DNA of 63,878 nt, filler included, from Stramenopiles sp. TOSAG23-2 (taxonomy: Eukaryota): NCBI GenBank assembly GCA_900128395.1. It is 16 parts of 16 records of this genome, joined end to end, with 100 filler letters (N's around TTAATTAATTAA, not from the genome) between each part and the next. Parts side by side here need not be neighbours in the genome. Positions count along the whole stretch, not along the records: positions 33,540 to 37,618 come from LT651001.1; positions 37,719 to 41,796 come from LT651002.1; positions 41,897 to 45,971 come from LT651003.1; positions 46,072 to 50,145 come from LT651004.1; 12 more parts are not named here. One strand, written 5' to 3'. Below, in pieces: positions 36,773 through 49,400 of the stretch. The notes under the pieces are model-generated. The model was not told the DNA's origin, searched no databases, and saw only the letters and a list, made by a program, of their open reading frames with translations. Position 1 is the stretch's first letter, and every line of letters begins with the position of its first letter. Position numbers and translations under genes: made by a program.

Positions 36773-36995
36773 ATGATTTATTGATTTTAGTTAAATTTTC
36801 ATCTAACTTCTTTAACATATCTACTGTAATATTTTTAGAACCTTTTGATAATATTACCTCGTTTTCTTCTAATAATTTCTGGGTGTCAATAATTGCAGTA
36901 GGTATATTATCTGCTATGCAAAATGTATTCAAAGCGTTTTTAGCCGTCCCAATGTAGTCAATAACTTTTTGTTCTGGTTGTGGGGAGGAAGACAT
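36747..36995 (-). CDS. Small 82-aa helical ORF overlapping the start of the nuclease gene by 26 nt
   Basis: ATG preceded by a (TA)n tract like other gene starts in this window; protein-like composition; no recognised domain. Confidence 0.45.
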   Translation of the reverse strand: MSSSPQPEQKVIDYIGTAKNALNTFCIADNIPTAIIDTQKLLEENEVILSKGSKNITVDMLKKLDENLTKINKSYATVSKEF

Positions 36996-37718
36996 ATATC
37001 TATATATCTATATATATATATATATCTATTTATTTATGTCTGTATTAATGTGTATACGTTTTTGTGTTATAGATGGTAGTGATGCTATGAGAACATTTGA
37101 TTTTATTTATGTATGTATTAAATATGTTATTCATACATACAAAGACTTTTGATATTATATATATTTATACATCTTCTTTTTTTGTCTGTATATATATTAA
37201 ATTATATGATGATATGTGCCAGTCTGGCAGTGTGATATGGCTGCATGCAGTACTTACAGTATACTATCTATAGCACTATATCCCCTAACCGGACAAGTGC
37301 CGCGTAGGCGGCTGTTATCTGGTCTTTTCAAAAAAAATTATGTTTTTCATGAAAATCCCAAAATTCCATAAAATAAAGTTGAGGAATGCAATCTACACGT
37401 CAAACTGATATCAAAACATCCCTCATATGCAAGATAATTCCATCTAGAATTCAAATTACAGAGTGTTGATGTGTATCTATTTGCAGTAAATATTGCATTT
37501 TTAACGTTAATATTTGTGTAACATATATATATCATGTGTTTACTGAATCATTTTTGTGTATGTATTTTTGTTAAATTTATGAGATATATATTTCATTATA
37601 ATATGTGTTATTTTAATGNNNNNNNNNNNNNNNNNNNNNNNNNNNNNNNNNNNNNNNNNNNNTTAATTAATTAANNNNNNNNNNNNNNNNNNNNNNNNNN
37701 NNNNNNNNNNNNNNNNNN

Positions 37719-39454
37719 GCCCAATTGGTTTTTACAAAGAATCTGCACAGCTAGGCTGCACATCGTGTTTAAAAGGGGTCTCTACAACAAGGCAACGAGG
37801 ATCTGAGCGAAAATCTGATTGTGACATTTGTGAAAAACACAAAGATAGTGAAGGTGTTTGTGCTCTTGAAGAATCTAACGACATGAAAAGTGATACAAAA
37901 CAGGTATGGAGTTGTTTTTCAGGAGTTTGGGGAGATAAATGTCAATATCGTTGTCCTGGGCACGAAGAAAGCAAAGCAGGAGGAAAACAAAAAAATGTAT
38001 GTGGCAACAAATTTTCAGGTGTATGTTCAGAAGGTCCAAAGGGTACAGGAAAATGTACATGTAGTTTGGGATATAGTAATATTTTCTCAAAAGATGCAGA
38101 TTGTGTTTTTCCAATGGGGTACATTTTATGTATCATTGTCCTATGTTTGATTATTGCGTCATGTTGCCAAATAGTTAGTTATCGTAAAAAGCAAAAAAAG
38201 ATTCTTTTAGAATTAAATGAGAAGGAAAATTTGTTGTTGCAAAAAGATATTGAATTACGGGAAGAAAAAATTTCGGTGCAAAAAGCGCAAGAAGGATGGA
38301 AAATTCAAGAGGGAGAAATAAGTATTTCAAAAAAGATCGGTAAAGGATCATTTAGTAATGTCTACATCGGAACATGGTCTCCATTAAAAAACGTGCCAGT
38401 CGCTATAAAAGTAATTAATGCCCAAAATGCCACTATATTTGATGATACTGAAACTTTATTGTTACAACGATTGCGTCATCCACGCTTGGTCTTATTTTTC
38501 GGTACAGGAATTTTCAAAAAGAAAGAAGGAAATTTTTTATTTTTAGTAAGTGAACATATGTCCGGTGGCGATTTAATGAATTTTATAAAAAAAGCAGCAT
38601 CTTCTGGTGATTATAAATCAATGTATCCCTGGAAAAAAAGGGTAAAAGATGCTATGGACATTGCAGAAGGGATGAATTTTTTACATTCCCAAGAATGGGT
38701 TCATCGAGACTTAAAATCTGCAAATGTTTTGATACATTCTAATGGTCAGTGTAAAATTACTGACTTTGGACTTTCAAAATCTTTACAAGAAATTAATAAG
38801 GAAAAACAAACTGTGTATAATAATAATAATAATAAGAAGAAGAAGAAAAAAAAGGAAGTGGTCATATCTATTATTAAAGATGATGAAAAACTTCTTCGTT
38901 CAGCAAGTTCTTCTTTTAGTACAGAAGATGAATATAAAAGTATTGAAATGACCTCATTTACTGGCTCTGCTCCGTGGTTAGCACCAGAATTGATTACAAA
39001 AAGACTTAAAGATATAGCAACCGGTGGTAAACCAGTTGATGTTTATTCATTTGCTTGTGTTTTATATGAACTTGTTGAGGGGCATATTCCATGGAGCACG
39101 GCATCATCGCAGGAAGATATCTTTCAACGAGTTGAAATTGGATTTCGACCAACTTTAACCCCGATAAAAAATGATAACCTTACGAGGCATGATGTCATAG
39201 GAACTCATGTTAATAAAAACATTCATCGTTTAATGATTTCATGCTGGGACCATATTCCATCAAAAAGACCAACATTTAGTAACATTATTGAAGAATTAGC
39301 AACCATTTATCATGATAATTTTATCGAGAAGCAGCAGACGACGACAAACGACATTCGTAGAAAGGGACATTCTAACCTCGATGGCAAATCATTCTCAACA
39401 GATTCGTTGTCTACTCCATTGTTGACGATGTCGATGTCCGAGATGGAGAAATAA
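37719..39454 (+). CDS. Receptor-like TKL protein kinase (Cys-rich/EGF-like ectodomain, TM, kinase), 5'-truncated
   Basis: Frame open from the contig start (PIGFYK..GCTSC..DCDIC), TM ILCIIVLCLIIA, GKGSFS, VAIK, HRDLKSAN, DFG and WLAPE. Confidence 0.92.
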
Positions 39455-39878
39455 ATACACAAGGAGTGTACCAGGTCTCACATACTATTGGCATTTTTCT
39501 GGTGTGGATGCGCCTTTATACGTATACGGTCGTTGTATATTATCATTTTAATTTATATATATATTAATATTATGCATATCATTTGAGTAAGAGAACAATA
39601 TATATATGATATAATATATGTAGACGTATTATATATAATATATATATAAAAATAATTCTCTTATCATATCATATTTATATCATAATTTTATATATATATA
39701 TTTTATATATCATATTTTATGCGTAAATTTTAAATTATATTAAAATATTTAACACACATTGTAAGAGTGTACCACCACATATGCATACAAGCAAAACTGA
39801 TTTTTTACACAAATTAAAAAAGATATTAAACAATCGCTTTTTTAATATTTTTTTACGAGCCGCGTATATTTAATAATT

Positions 39879-40437
39879 CTAATTAAACTCTTCGATACCA
39901 TTTACATCCGTTTCAAATACACCTAGTACGGTTTTTGGACCTAATTTAATTCGATGACCTTCCAACAATGGTTTTGGATAACGTTTGCCTTCCTCTACTT
40001 GAACATCATTTACCCATGACCCATGGTTTTGGATAACGTTTGCCTTCCTCTACTTGAACATCATTTACCCATGACCCATTTGTACTTTCTAAATCATAAT
40101 AATAAACATGCCCTGCACCATTAAAAACAATTTTCCCATGTTCCCCAGAGACTTCATCATCTTTCGATAATAATAAATTAATTTTATCTTCTTCATCATC
40201 TGATGTACCAATTTTATAAATCTTATGACCTTGATGAAAGGTAAACGTATGTTCTTCACCTTTATGTGGACCTTCTACAATTTCAAGTTTCAATGTAAAA
40301 TGTGCACCATCTTCCGTATTTGCCATGAATTTAGCAACTTCCTCATTTACTTCTTCTTTGTTTTCATCATCCACTTGCTCTTTATTTAAATCTTCAATTT
40401 TAGATGATGGTTTTAATGCAGATCCACATGCACCCAT
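39879..40437 (-). CDS. FHA domain protein with an N-terminal myristoylation/palmitoylation motif; interrupted by a 55-nt duplication
   Basis: MGACGS; VSGEHGKI..YDLESTNGSWVN. Removing one copy of the repeat (39968/40023) restores PLLEGHRIKLGPKTVL..FN*, the expected end of an FHA domain. Confidence 0.85.
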
Positions 40438-41009
40438 GATGATTTGTTTTTTATATACTTCTATTTTTTAATTATCACAAGTTGTATTTTAATTGTATAT
40501 ATATATATATGCAAAATATATGTTAGTAGATACTATGTTTAATCACAACAATAATAAATTGTCTCTTCTATTTTTTAATTATCACAAGTTGTATTTTAAT
40601 TATACCGGGGAAATAATGGAAATGGAAATCTACAATGTAGATTAAATTATTCTCATTAAACACGGTATCCATGTATATAGAGTATATTTTTTCAACATAG
40701 TGCCATATGATATGAGTTTTGTTCTAAAAAAGTGAAACTGTCACAGCATTTTTTCTCGTAATGCTATTCACCTGCTAGCATACATTGTATATGTTTGATA
40801 GAATATATTATAATATTTAGTATAATAAGTGGAATAAGTACGAATAGTTTGTAATAAGTACGAAGTGAACCACGGCCAATATTTGCAATACTAATATATC
40901 AGAAATTACGCGTTGTACTTTTTTCCTGACTCTCTCTCTCTCTCATCCATAAAACCCCCTGCCTCCCCTTCCATTCTCCACGAAAAAAAAATAAAATTCA
41001 TTTCATCCT

Positions 41010-41796
41010 CTAATCATTACGTCCTTGAAATGCTTGGCCACCATATACACCTGAAAGTATTGAAGAAAATATTCCAACAATAGATATAATAATTTGATAT
41101 GTACCCATCGTTCCAGTATTACGTTCATATTGACTTTGTAAATATGTTGCATTTGGATAATATTTTTGTTCTATAGATGTAAAGGTATTAAATGCTGTTG
41201 TTGCATAATCTTTCGATTTACCACTTGCTTTATCACCTAAGTCACCTAATTCAACACCATATACTAACATTACAATACTATAAGTAAATGCTAACAAAGC
41301 ATATACAAATAAATTTTTATACGATTCAGACATAGCTGCACCATATGCCCAAAACGAAAATAAAATACCAAAGATCATAAATGGTATAAACCTATCAGTA
41401 TGTATTTGTGGTACAGCTGGATCTACATTATTCATACAAATACGATATACCATGCATAAATGATAATAACCAGTAAAACATCCAATAAAGATTAATAAGG
41501 CAAAAACACTACTTCCTCTTTTCCATACAAGGTATGTACTATCATTCTTCGCTTCACGTAACTTTGCACGTCTGGATTTAAAATTACCTGCAGGTGCATC
41601 TTTTTCTTGTGCTGCTGCTTTCTCTCTTTTTTTACGATCCCGCCTTTTTCTAACGTTCTTTCCACCTTTCAAAGCTTTAATTGTTTCATCTACGTCTTTA
41701 CTATTATCATTATATAATTTAATTGCTTCATCCCTATCACATAATTCCAATTGAAGTATTTTATTAATATCTGCTTCTTCTGTTTCAGTAAGACCA
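41010..41796 (-). CDS. Four-TM membrane protein preceded by a UBA-like segment, 5'-truncated
   Basis: CDRDEAIKLYNDNSKDVDETIKAL, then four hydrophobic helices; the frame is open to the contig end. Confidence 0.65.
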
Positions 41797-42191
41797 NNNN
41801 NNNNNNNNNNNNNNNNNNNNNNNNNNNNNNNNNNNNNNNNTTAATTAATTAANNNNNNNNNNNNNNNNNNNNNNNNNNNNNNNNNNNNNNNNNNNNACAG
41901 AACGATACATTATTTTGGACCTCAATGCTATTCCATGCTAACGTATCGTTCTCTAAAAAAAATTGACTGGGCTGGCCCAGCTGGATGATAGTGCGATACA
42001 GACGACTACTGGGTGCATTTTTATTAGAATTTCATATATATATGATAGTGCGATACATGTATATGGTGCTATGTCAAAATAAACTAGACGACTAGATTAT
42101 ATATATATATATATCTATAGACGACGACGACGACGACGACAAATAGATTATGTGGTGAGATCAAAATAGATAGATATCATCAATAGAAACC

Positions 42192-43637
42192 ATGACATCA
42201 TCAAATACCAACTATACACAACTACGACTAGATGGTAGTAGTGACCCGTATGGAAAAATTAGAACACAAGAGGAAGAAAAAATTAAAGCTAGGAAAAGTT
42301 CATTTGTAAAAAACCCTTTTAAAAAGAAATACATTCCAATGCCTCCTGATAATAATGATAGTGGCAAACATGATAGAAGCTTTGGCAATAGGGATTACTC
42401 TTATGGTTATAATAGTAGTTCAAATAATACTCGTCGTTATTATTCACAAAGTAACCAACCAAATATATGTTATTTACTATGCTGTAATAGTCGTACTTTA
42501 ATATTTTTCATATATCTAGTAACTTTATTTGCAGCATATACATTGCAGCCAGTTACGTTAAAATTAATGGTAGACAATATGATACCATATCGGTATCCGT
42601 TGATCATCATGTTTTCGTTTACACATTGTTTAATATGTTTTTTTGTATCAATATGGAATTATTGTTTTTCAAGTGAAAATGTACCGCCAGAAATGTCTAA
42701 ATTCAAACGTAGTAATATTTTCTTTGCTGCTGTATTAGATGCAATACAATTAACATTATTAATAATTTCAGCAGGAGTCGTTCGTGGTACTTTGGTTGTC
42801 GTTTTGTTACAAAGTATTATACCATTGCGAAGTTTAGCACTTGCAATTTACAATAGCTCCGACAATTTAATATTACATGTAATTAGTGGTTTATCGGGTT
42901 TACTTGCAATCTTATTATCGTTTTACCCATTTGTACATGAAGCGTTCTTTTCTACAAGCACTACGCGTGGTGGTGTGACAAATGCACGTATCGTTTTTTG
43001 GAATGCTATTTTATTGTTGATAAGTGGTATCTTATCAGCTTTATCGGATATATATAAAAAAACTATATTATGTACCCAGCCTATTGATGTATATTATTTC
43101 AATGGATGGGTTTCGTTTTACCAAACTTTAATTTGTATTCCATTGTCACCAATTATGTTTACAATACAAACATGGTCGTGTACTGGTAATGGTCTTGGTA
43201 ATAGCAAAAAATGGGGTGTAGATAAAATTTTACCAAATTTACATGATGGGGCACAATGCATGATATTTGGCAAATCCTCCGAAGGGGAGACGTGTAGGAT
43301 AGGAGATCATTTAGTCGATGCACATTGCAGTGTTAGCCTACCAATTGCTATTTTTTTCCTTGTCATTAATATGACAATATTGTTTTTATTACCAACAATT
43401 ATCCAATTGAAAAGCAGTACGACGCCGATATATGTGGTAAATATCTTAGCTGTACCATTAAGTTATGTTCTATTTGAACTTTATGAAAATCTTGACAAGA
43501 ATCCAGATTTATTGAATAGTGCTAATGATTTTACGTGGTGGGATGTTCCTAGTATATTAATGTTAACAATTAGCTTGGTTTTAAATGGTTATTTATTTAA
43601 AACACCTGAGGATGAGATTGAAACGAGCGTTCCATGA
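42192..43637 (+). CDS. CRT-like (chloroquine resistance transporter family, DMT superfamily) transporter
   Basis: About 10 TMs; AVLDAIQ, LLQSIIP, ALSDIYKK, NGWVSFYQ and a Cys-containing loop (DGAQC..C..C). Confidence 0.8.
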   Translation: MTSSNTNYTQLRLDGSSDPYGKIRTQEEEKIKARKSSFVKNPFKKKYIPMPPDNNDSGKHDRSFGNRDYSYGYNSSSNNTRRYYSQSNQPNICYLLCCNSRTLIFFIYLVTLFAAYTLQPVTLKLMVDNMIPYRYPLIIMFSFTHCLICFFVSIWNYCFSSENVPPEMSKFKRSNIFFAAVLDAIQLTLLIISAGVVRGTLVVVLLQSIIPLRSLALAIYNSSDNLILHVISGLSGLLAILLSFYPFVHEAFFSTSTTRGGVTNARIVFWNAILLLISGILSALSDIYKKTILCTQPIDVYYFNGWVSFYQTLICIPLSPIMFTIQTWSCTGNGLGNSKKWGVDKILPNLHDGAQCMIFGKSSEGETCRIGDHLVDAHCSVSLPIAIFFLVINMTILFLLPTIIQLKSSTTPIYVVNILAVPLSYVLFELYENLDKNPDLLNSANDFTWWDVPSILMLTISLVLNGYLFKTPEDEIETSVP

Positions 43638-44048
43638 GTAAGAGTATGTTTTGTATTATGATACTAATATAGTACGACTTTGTATCCTATTTTGAAATAT
43701 CGTATGCATACGAACTCGTATAATTATATTATAATATAGTGTACGAAGCTGCGTACATGCGTGTACATACTGGTGCTTTAAAATATTTGATTTAATCATA
43801 TATGTGTAGCTGTTTTATATTTAAAATATATTAAATGTATATATATATATATTATACGTTTTTAAAAAACACACATCATTTTTGATTTTTCTTTTAAACT
43901 ACGCCGAATATCCAGGTATTACGCACTCAAAATCTCTTCGAAAATTTAAAAAAAATTGAGACAAAAGTGCCCTCTTCTTTGACCTGTTTTTGTTGCACCA
44001 TATTATTTGTAAAATATATAGAGATTACAACTTCTGTACTTATATTAT

Positions 44049-45971
44049 TTACCGTTTTAATTCCATACCCTTGAATAATTCATCTTCATCCCTTTTCTTC
44101 TTTAAAACTTTGAAAAATCCTAATGGTCCTCCCCAAGCACTATTTAAACTTTTTCCAATTTCCATTTTACCTTCATTGTTGTAATAACCAGGTGTACATT
44201 GTTGTAAAAACTTTTGTCCACGACCAGATTTACGATAAATTTCTGCACAATAAGCATCTTCCGCTTCTTTTGTAGGGTCAAATGTACGGTAGCCGGCAGC
44301 TTTTAATCTCATGATCATATGTGCAGCATGCAATGCTTCCTCGTCTAACTTTTGTACAAAATTTGTTGTGAATGTTCCTTGCGGTGAATTCTGCATGAAT
44401 AAGTTTGGGAATCCACTGGTATTAAAGGACCAGAAAGTACGAGGGCCATCTTTCCATTTCTCACTTAAACTTTGGCCATTTTTACCAATGATATCGTAAC
44501 CTACCTTTTGTGGGCCTAATTTTGCAGCATTGTAACCAGTTTCAAACCCTGTGGAGAAAACAATACAATCTACTTCATATTCTTTGCCTTTTGCTACTAC
44601 ACCCTTTTCTGTAATAGCTTCGATTCCACCAACATCGTGTACAAGTTCGACATTTGGACGGTTGAACGTTGGCAAGTAATCATCATGGAAACATGGACGC
44701 TTACAGAATTGCTGATACCATGGTTGCAAAGCTTCAGCAGTTGCTTGGTCTTTAACAATCTCTGCTGCACGCATGCGGACATCATGCATTTGTTTCATAT
44801 CGGCTAATGCCATATCCCCATTTAAACTTTTCATTTCTTCCCTGCTTGCACCAGCGGCCATCATTCTGTACCTTTTTTTCAAGAAATCTTGTTGTAAATT
44901 TTTCATGATTTTCGTCCAACCATCGTTTATCAAGTCAATATCTGTTGGTTTATTTGTTTGCGTTAACATTGTAAAGTTATTCATACGCTCTCTTTGCCAA
45001 CCTGGCTTACTCATGAACTCTTTGGTAAACTCAGGTGTAGTAAATCGATTGTTTCGCTCATCAACACTTGAAGGTGTACGTTGGAAAACATATAATTGCT
45101 TTGAATGCTCTCCTAAATGTGGCACAACTTGTACTGCGGTTGCACCAGTACCAATGATCGCAACACGTTTGTCATGCAATTTTGTCAATCCACCAGTGCT
45201 ATCACCTCCAGTATATTCATAGTCCCATCTACTTGTATGGAATTTATGACCTTTAAATTTATCCTCTCCAGGTACTCCAGGCAACTTTGGTTGTGTCAAT
45301 GTACCGAAGTTCATAATGACAAATTTTGCACCGAAACGATCACCCCTATCCGTTTCAATCATCCACTTACTCTGTTCCTCATTCCAAGTAACACCGGAAC
45401 ATTTTGTGTTGAACATTGAATTTTTGTATAGTCCATATTTCTGTGCAATCATTTGGGAGTGCCTCCAAAGTTCTGGTTGATGTGCGTATTTTTCACTTGG
45501 TATATAGTCTAAATCTTCCAACAAGGGCATATATGTATAACTTTCGACATCACACATAGCACCCGGGTATCTATTCCAGTACCACGTACCACCCACGTCA
45601 CCTGCACTATCCATTAGTCTTATACCATCAGGGTTCATACCTTGTTGTACAAGTCTAGCTCCCGCACACAGTCCACCATATCCAGCGCCAATAATTACGA
45701 CTTCAACTGTGTCAAACTTAGGAGCTCGTTCAACCACTTTAGTCCATGGATCATCTAGCATTCTTTTGAATTGTGAATCGTTCTTAGCAAGATCAATTAA
45801 TCGTTTGTATTGCTCATTTCCTTCTGGGCGACGATTAACGCGTGCATCTCTTTCTTCAATATAACGCTTCATTACTTCCTCACGTTCAAAACCAAGGTCT
45901 TCGTCAACCTCATTGAACTTAATATCAAGTTCTTTTGGAGCACCAGCTGTTTTATTTAATTTTAAATATGC
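44049..45971 (-). CDS. Type I Baeyer-Villiger monooxygenase (FAD/NADPH), 5'-truncated
   Basis: GAGYGG, GGTWYWNRYPG, fingerprint FKGHKFHTSRWD and GTGATA; the frame is open upstream of 45872. Confidence 0.95.
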   Translation of the reverse strand, partial: AYLKLNKTAGAPKELDIKFNEVDEDLGFEREEVMKRYIEERDARVNRRPEGNEQYKRLIDLAKNDSQFKRMLDDPWTKVVERAPKFDTVEVVIIGAGYGGLCAGARLVQQGMNPDGIRLMDSAGDVGGTWYWNRYPGAMCDVESYTYMPLLEDLDYIPSEKYAHQPELWRHSQMIAQKYGLYKNSMFNTKCSGVTWNEEQSKWMIETDRGDRFGAKFVIMNFGTLTQPKLPGVPGEDKFKGHKFHTSRWDYEYTGGDSTGGLTKLHDKRVAIIGTGATAVQVVPHLGEHSKQLYVFQRTPSSVDERNNRFTTPEFTKEFMSKPGWQRERMNNFTMLTQTNKPTDIDLINDGWTKIMKNLQQDFLKKRYRMMAAGASREEMKSLNGDMALADMKQMHDVRMRAAEIVKDQATAEALQPWYQQFCKRPCFHDDYLPTFNRPNVELVHDVGGIEAITEKGVVAKGKEYEVDCIVFSTGFETGYNAAKLGPQKVGYDIIGKNGQSLSEKWKDGPRTFWSFNTSGFPNLFMQNSPQGTFTTNFVQKLDEEALHAAHMIMRLKAAGYRTFDPTKEAEDAYCAEIYRKSGRGQKFLQQCTPGYYNNEGKMEIGKSLNSAWGGPLGFFKVLKKKRDEDELFKGMELKR

Positions 45972-46492
45972 NNNNNNNNNNNNNNNNNNNNNNNNNNNNN
46001 NNNNNNNNNNNNNNNTTAATTAATTAANNNNNNNNNNNNNNNNNNNNNNNNNNNNNNNNNNNNNNNNNNNNCTGGAGGAGGAAAAATATTATATTATTAT
46101 AGGCAATTCATCTAAAAATAGTTATTATAACCATAGTAGTACTAGTATTAATAATATTATATGAACCAATCACAACTATTCACATTTATATAACACTACA
46201 GCAATCCAGGCAAGAATATGGTGGTATAGTAATGATGTTGGTTTTGCCAGCAGTTGTTTTTTTGCAGCTTTTTTTTTTTTTTGAAAATTTTGTAGCTGTA
46301 GTCCAGCAAAACCATAATAAAATATTACCAGGATTACAGTATAAGTATTATAATAAATAAAATATGATTTATTATAACCTGTATAGTAATATAATAATCA
46401 ATACATGACGATCAATAATAATAATAACAGCATATTACAGAATAATTATGAACTTTTATGCAACTCGTTTCAATTAAAATTTCTTTTTAGAA

Positions 46493-49400
46493 TTGCTTGA
46501 AATGGCATGTCATATATATATATATTTACACGTTGCCACACTTCTATATGGAATTTTTTTGTTTTTTGAAACAGACAAGGTTTTGTCAGCCAATTGGGCC
46601 CAAATTAGTGGTAAACCGTATATGGATATAAATTCTGTTCAGTTGACTGGATGGAGTGAAAGGTGGGGACATAGCGCAACAAATTTTCAGTCGCAGCGTC
46701 CTGTACCTTGTGAATATGTAGAAGGGGTAGATGATAACATTGAATCACTTATCGATTCTGGATCTACTGTTGCTGCAACTAGTGATGACCAGCTTATATT
46801 AGTAGTAGGAGGAGATTCGTATGTACAAAAAATCGGTGTTGGCTATTACCTGAACGACGTATGGTCAGCACCAGGTGTTAAATGGGCAACATTTACATCA
46901 ACAGTTGAGAAAGATAAGTGGGGAAGGCCGCGACCGAGGAGACGCTCAAAAGTAGTCTGGAAACAAGAATCCCCCCATAAAACACCCCCAGCCGGTGTTG
47001 ATTATTACGAATGGATTGCTTGTCCGGCATCGCACGTAAACTATCCCGGTATTCAATGCGATAAAAGTTTATATGATATAGAGGAGTCTGGAGGCGTTAC
47101 GTTAGAATATTGGCATCAGGGTATGGAGTGTCAATGCGAGCCATCAAAAGATCCATACCCTGGCCGAGTGTTTTCCCCAAGGCGTAATCACGCATCCCTT
47201 GCATTTAGGCGCAAAGCTTATATATTTGGTGGCCGTGCAAGGAATATTATGGATATACCCTATGATGAATCGGTTGGGGGAATTCCCACAGATGACCATG
47301 TTCTTCAACAAAAAAATGAAAGTCAAAGGGCAACTTATCGGGAAAAAACGGTGTTAATGAATGATATATGGGAAACCTCAAATGGGGATGAATGGTTTAT
47401 CACAACACCAGGATGTCGCGAAGTCGTGCTTCAAGCGTCCCATACCCAAGATAATGGACATGAACGGTCAACATGTAACACTGATGCTGATTGTTATGGT
47501 AATGAAAAGTGCATTGATGGAGGTTGTGTATGCCAAATGTGGTCTCCTAGAGAACAATTTGCTATAGAAGTTTTTCCACCGCAACCAACATTTACTTTAA
47601 AAACATGTGGGCAACAGGAAGAGGGTTTAGAATGTTGCGAACCAACTGGACCGGAAGCTAGAATGTATGTCTTTGGTGGTTTCGGCAGTCGATATGTTCA
47701 AAAGTGTGCAGGAAACGCTTGTAATTTAGATTATAGAGAATTTTATAACGATGTGTGGAGATCAAAAAAAGAATGTGTACAACGGGAGAGGGAACTAGAT
47801 CCTACTGGATGTAGAGACAAGAACAAATTAGTGGGGGAGGAATGGGAAATGGTAACTCCAGCAGCACCATGGCGGGGACGTGGTGGCCATCAAGTTGTTA
47901 TTCATCAAAGAAAAATATTTTTATTAGGAGGGCAAGGAGGGGTAATAGATGATCCTTGGGACGAACCACTTTTGAACGATGTATGGGAAAGCAATGATGG
48001 ACAAAATTGGTTAAATACGATGCCAGAAGCTGAATGGTCTCCAAGAAAAAATTTCAACGCGCAAGTTGTATTATCGATGAAAAAAAAGCGGTATGGACCC
48101 TCTCGAGGGAAGAAAGAGTCTGAAAATTTTGAATATATATATGTTTTCGGTGGATGGGATGGTGAATCCCGATTGGATGATTGTTATGAATCCTTAAATG
48201 GTACTGCGTGGTTACAAGATTTTAGTGGCTCAGGTCAATATTTAGATGGAAGTGTGCATGATGGCACGATATCTCAAAATTATGTTAGACCATCGTCGGA
48301 TATTAGCAAACTTGGAATGATGACAGGGGCTGAATTACAATTAATATACGATGAAGGGATTACAACCATCGACGAACTAGCAAATGCAGAAAGGCCTATA
48401 ATTATGAAATTGCGTGGGGGCTCATATGAGCCAGATCCATTGGATGGACCCGATCAGTATCGTGGTGGTGATTTCAGATTTATTTGCCCTCTTAAAAAAC
48501 GTGCTGAATCAGTTGTACAATTTTGCCAACCACCAAGAATACGAATAGATGGTATTAACGATCCTTGCCCTTCATGTGCTGGTAGTTTTGAATGGGATGA
48601 TACAACTGGTTTGGATCTAAATCCGAATGTAGAATATGGAGGCGCAACTTGGGAAGCGTTAATAGCTGACGCAAAAAGCCCGGATGACGAAGATGTAGAT
48701 GGTTGCAATCCACCTAAATGGATAACGGAAAAGGATCCAGTAACAGGTGAAGTACTGCCAAGAGATGAGGATGATCTAATAGAGGAAGACATGGAATTTG
48801 ACCTTAATTTCGAGATTGGTGGATATCAATGTGTTGAGAACACGACAGCAAGAGGTACGAAATATTTCGTATGTAGGCAAGGCAAAGTAAATTTAACTTG
48901 TATAAATCTATGGTCACCAAGAGATTTTGCTGCATCAGTTGTCGTTGCTGGCAATATGTATATATTAGGTGGTCGCATTGATGACAATAAATTCGAAAAT
49001 GATGTGTGGTATCGTGACGGGGCGTCCCCACAAACTCAGATAGTAACTCGGCCAAAACCTCCCATGGAAGTTCACAATAGTGACATGATGGAATTTCAAG
49101 CAGATGAAGCAGATTGTATATACGAGTATAGAGTATTTGATTCGAATAATGAGTCCCAATTGACGTTGATTTTAAAAAGAAATTGGACATACTCTCTGCA
49201 ACGTTTATCGTTGCATGAATTTCTACCTGAATGGTACCCGAATGACACAGGCTGGCGAAGATTAGAAGTACGGGGTGTAGACCCTGCTGGAAATGTTGAT
49301 ATGTATTTAAAAGAAGACGTCAATACTTGGTTTGATATGTACGATGCTCCAAAACCATGGGGCCTTATAATAACGGGTATCATAGGTATAGTTGCCTTTA

